Below, in pieces: positions 60,261 to 64,000 of a stretch of DNA of 64,000 bases. The stretch is from Coniocarpon cinnabarinum (taxonomy: Eukaryota), in the NCBI GenBank assembly GCA_051942205.1, contig JAVECO010000018.1:1-64000 (forward strand), written 5' to 3'. Numbering within the stretch: the first letter of the stretch is position 1; every line of letters begins with the position of its first letter. The position numbers and the translations under genes are program-made. Below the pieces are notes generated by a model. The model saw nothing but the letters and a program-made list of their open reading frames with translations, searched no databases and had not been told where the DNA came from.

Positions 60261-61355
60261 ATGGGTGACCGCAAGGGTGGCATTCCAGCATGGCAGCGCT
60301 CTGACTACACAGCGCCGACGAACGAGCAAGTCACAGACAGTCCCAAAGATGACGAGTCGAGTAACAAAGCGGCAAACAATCTGGATACCGCGTCCCTCTC
60401 TCAAGACAAGGAGCCCTCCGAGTCGATACCAGTGACCGAACAGGCACAAGAGCATGAAGGTCAATCACCTCGTTCTGCAGCACCGTCGACACCGTCGTCC
60501 TACCAGCAAGCTCCTGCGCAGTCAACATCATTCCGAGATAGAGATTCAAGACCGCCCATCATCACATATCCTGAACACTTCACACAGCCTCAGAAACCAC
60601 CTCCGTTAGTCACAACTACGCGGTTGCTAAATACTGCATACGTCTTTGCAGGGGCTGCTTTGACCTTATATGGCATGTCCGAATACCTCGTGAAGCCAAT
60701 GGTGGACAGTCTATCCTTAGCACGACACGACTTTCACTCACATTCCCAGGCCAAGGTGGAGGAGCTTAATCGGCGACTTGAAGCTATTGTCTCTACAGAC
60801 CCTCGCCAAGGGGTTCTCAAACAGCGGATGCAAGACGCAGGAAAAGAGGATGCGGCTACTGATACAGCCAGTGAGGATTCGGATCCCACAGAATTATTCC
60901 ATAGAGATATCGGTACCCAAACAACTGCAGACGACCTTGCTGGGGCGTCGTCTTCTTCAAATGCAACTGGGGCGGAATCCGTCGCAACAATCGCAGAGGC
61001 ACAAAAACGTCAAATCGAGCGCATGCGGGGGGCAACGACGGAGCTGGCTGTAGATAATCTAGCTTCGGAATCCCGAACCATTCATGAAGTCCGCACGGTC
61101 GGCAGCATGCTACGGGAGCAGCTTGAGGCGTTGGCATACCCAGCGGCCAATGACGGCGGTGCTTACGGTCTTGGTGCCAAAGGCGCTGGGTTCAGCAACA
61201 TTTACGGCAACACCGCCTTCGCGAAGAAAGAAAGCAACGAAGTTAGCGCAATGAAGCAAGAGATCAGGAGTCTGAAGGGTAGTCTGCTCAGTGCGAGGAA
61301 TTTCCCATCGAGCGCAGTACCAGCAGGGAGAAGAGAACTCTTCCCTGCGCGATGA
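60261..61355 (+). CDS. PEX33: Peroxin Pex33 (Pex14/17)-like peroxisomal docking-complex protein
   Basis: Motifs IPAWQ, PPIITYPE..PPPLVT..RL.NTAY, TM-like GAALTLYG....LVKPM...L..ARHD, SDPTELFHRDIGTQT, K.EIRS.KG.LLSARNFP. Confidence 0.82.
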   Translation: MGDRKGGIPAWQRSDYTAPTNEQVTDSPKDDESSNKAANNLDTASLSQDKEPSESIPVTEQAQEHEGQSPRSAAPSTPSSYQQAPAQSTSFRDRDSRPPIITYPEHFTQPQKPPPLVTTTRLLNTAYVFAGAALTLYGMSEYLVKPMVDSLSLARHDFHSHSQAKVEELNRRLEAIVSTDPRQGVLKQRMQDAGKEDAATDTASEDSDPTELFHRDIGTQTTADDLAGASSSSNATGAESVATIAEAQKRQIERMRGATTELAVDNLASESRTIHEVRTVGSMLREQLEALAYPAANDGGAYGLGAKGAGFSNIYGNTAFAKKESNEVSAMKQEIRSLKGSLLSARNFPSSAVPAGRRELFPAR

Positions 61356-61819
61356 GCAAATACTTCATCACTCCGGGTATGACAAAGCCAGACGTAACAT
61401 GGCCTTGCATGTTCCACTGTACGGCATCTCACACCACTCGTACTCTCCTCGACGTAATCGAATCCAAGCCTGTCGATTTGTGGCCGAGCCTACACACTGT
61501 AGCGATGTTGGAGCCAAGTCGTCCTTGCAAAGGCGGTCATTTCACATACATAAGTTTGACGACCTGTGTTCCTGTAAATTACAGTCACTTGTTTACGACA
61601 TGTAGTTACCGATAGAGATGACCACCATCAGGACCATTGCAGCTTCCTGACAGCATGCAGCTGCCTGCATCTCTCGGCTTGAGTCCTTGTCCTGAGATCT
61701 GGACCTTCACATTTCTGCTCCTCACTGTCTCATTCTTCTGTCCATCTTGTTGAATTGTCTGCATTGATTCGCTTATCAGTAGCTCTTTCATCTTCAACGA
61801 TTGATCGTCCATGCAGAGC

Positions 61820-63553
61820 ATGGCATCGCCCCGGAACATTTCTCAGAGAACCGTTCTTACGCCTCACAAAGAGAGCTCTTGTCCAAATTATCAACGCCCA
61901 ACAGCTGCCCAAAAAAACCGCGCGACACCCCAGAAAAAAGATGTGGGCCAGGGCTTCATCCCGTCCCCAAGCCCTACCAACAAGTCACCACGTCATCGAC
62001 ACGTCAATGCACAAGCACTCAACAGTCCCAACATTCATGATATTTCCAAAAGTCGGGTCAATAAAACCCTTCCCACTCGCAAGCGTGCTCCTTGCGAAAT
62101 ATCAAAACCTTCAGCGCATTCCCTGCATGCCAACAGATCAATCGCGTACCCGGCATTGTCACCTCGCAAAGCTGCAGCTGATTTCTCCACAGAAGGTTTG
62201 TAGTCTTCTGAGTTGATTGAGAATAATTGTGGACTGATAATCCCTCCAGAGACGCCTCTGAAAAGGTTAAACGAGGGGCAAAGCAAGGACTTCGTTCTTC
62301 CACCAGCAAATTCCGACTTTGATACATCCAAAGTCGTCTCTGATTTGCAGACCCAGGGTCACACACATCATCGGCATATGATGGATACCTTGATCGCGTC
62401 TCCCAAGTCCCGGCTGGGAAATAAAACCTCAACGCTGAAATCTTCCGAGGAGTGCTTTTCCGAATGCATCCACAGCAGCCCAGCTCGTCTAACACAAAGA
62501 GAGTATTATTTTGTGCACACTGGCCTGGACGAGCTTGCGAAACTTGAACGTTGTCTAAACAGATTACAAAATGACCCAAGCTTGTCTGAAAGCGCACAAA
62601 CTTGTGTAGCGGAAGCCTCGCAGCTCTTCGAATGTCTGGTTCGCAAATACAATGAGCTTACGCGGATCGCACCATTGCATTCCCTAGACTCTTGGGATGT
62701 TGATTCGAAGCTGGAGACCCTTGCAGCAGAACGTTTATCCAAGATGCAGGAATCTATTGTGCAAGGCCTTCAACAATTCTTCACTGGTGAGACTTTTATG
62801 CGGGCTCATGTTAACGCAGTACAACACGCCGACACCCAATGCTTACGTGCTCACATCCACCATCAAGCCTTGGCAGCAGAACGGACCATGCGTAATTTTC
62901 GCGCCGACGCTTATGACCGTGAGCAAGCCATACGTGATGCTCAAGTCGCAGAATCGGACGCGCTTTGTCGAGAGCGGGAGGCGAAAGCCCAGCATGATGG
63001 TGAAATCCGTGCGAAGGACGCAAAAATAGAGTCGATTTTTCGTCAGAACAAACAATTCGTGTGTCTTCAACGAGTCCTTCAAGAGCAGAACAACGATTTG
63101 CAGCGGAAGCTGCGGGAAGCTGAAACAGCGAAGGCGGAGGTCATCAAGAAACTCGAACAGTTGGAGCAGGCCATCAACTCTCTAGTTGAGAACGAAGACA
63201 CGACCAAGAATTGTGCCATTGCAGTTCGCAGTCAAGCAAGGTCATATACGAATAACAGCTGCATGTCGACTACGGAGACGCTTGCCAGCGATGAGGACTC
63301 TGTTGTCCGGGTCACGGGTGTGGACCCTTTGGCAGCTGCGTATCAACTCATGCAGAAGAAGCAGACGGCATTTGGGTTAGAATCACATCTGACAGCTTCC
63401 GGATACATTCTAGATGGATCCACACAGGCTGAGAGCTCGTCTGACGCCAAACGTCGTTCACAAACCACTACAGACGACAGCGAAATATCAAAAAGCACAG
63501 CCACGGAAGTCGATGACGGTAACGAGGCTGATGATGAAAGTCTCTCCCCTTAG
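61820..63553 (+). CDS. Hypothetical coiled-coil protein; exons 61820(or 61811)-62195 and 62250-63553
   Basis: Basic S/T-P-rich exon 1 joins the 446-aa ORF in frame via intron 62196-62249 (GTTTGT..CTGAT..CAG). C-terminal half is heptad-rich. Confidence 0.7.
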
Positions 63554-64000
63554 TTGGAAGACAGATGAATGATGAATGAATGAGCAACCACTCACAGACT
63601 GCGCAGTGCAGTGGTCTTGGGGCTGGCAAAACTGCCACTGAAGTGGTTCGCAGAGATAGAAGCGAGACAGAACTCGGAAAAGGACAACGAAATTGTGGAC
63701 TCGGGGACAAGCTTGGCTAGCATGCTCAACGCAGGATTTCTCAAGCTGCAATGGGGAATTTTGCCTACGGTGAACCAATATTGATATCGAGGAGCAAGTC
63801 AGTCATCTTTGATAGCTGGATTTGCGTGTTGTAGAGCAAGCAATTGCGACATTTCGCGCTCAATTCGCATCGACGATGCCTTTGACGTGTTCCACGTCAT
63901 CCCATTCACATTCCCATACATTAATGACCTCCATCTCCCAATTCTCACTCAATTTGCCAGCCCAGTTATTTCCACCGCAATCGACTTCTTGCCCAGCTCG

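Noticed and set aside
1..64000. tRNA/rRNA genes, TPP riboswitch, transposons, RIP-degraded AT-rich blocks, TGA-CTA readthrough PTS1 extensions, alternative genetic code
   Set aside because: None recognised on manual reading. Other genes end normally at TAG/TGA/TAA, so one internal TAG does not imply code reassignment. A covariance-model search (Infernal/Rfam, tRNAscan-SE) would be needed to exclude ncRNAs.

Overview
Gene-dense eukaryotic DNA from a filamentous ascomycete (Pezizomycotina; finer taxonomy cannot be fixed from sequence alone). Introns are short and GT..AG with CTRAY-type branch sites. I can support about 24 protein-coding genes: COX15, a BTB protein, two HSL-type alpha/beta hydrolases, cytosolic lysyl-tRNA synthetase, a UFD4-like HECT ligase, NMNAT, a pectinesterase, a Mid2-like membrane protein, RIF1, an isochorismatase-family hydrolase, a secreted aspartic protease, TSR2, an MFS transporter, ENP2, MED13, IES2, a PEX33(Pex14/17)-like peroxin and several hypothetical proteins. 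One more, a three-exon mitoribosomal bL33m gene, is absent from the ORF track. I recognised no tRNA, rRNA, transposon or CRISPR. Most interesting observations: (1) a single in-frame UAG in an otherwise intact aspartic protease; (2) a PEX33-like protein lacking its Pex14_N domain; (3) an in-frame, presequence-like upstream extension of NMNAT blocked by one UGA; (4) a possible spliced presequence for bL33m; (5) an orphan ORF with a weak HET-s/HRAM-like pseudo-repeat in a 2.6 kb convergent gap. I found no unambiguous novel multi-gene system. Family calls come from motif recognition by eye, not database searches.
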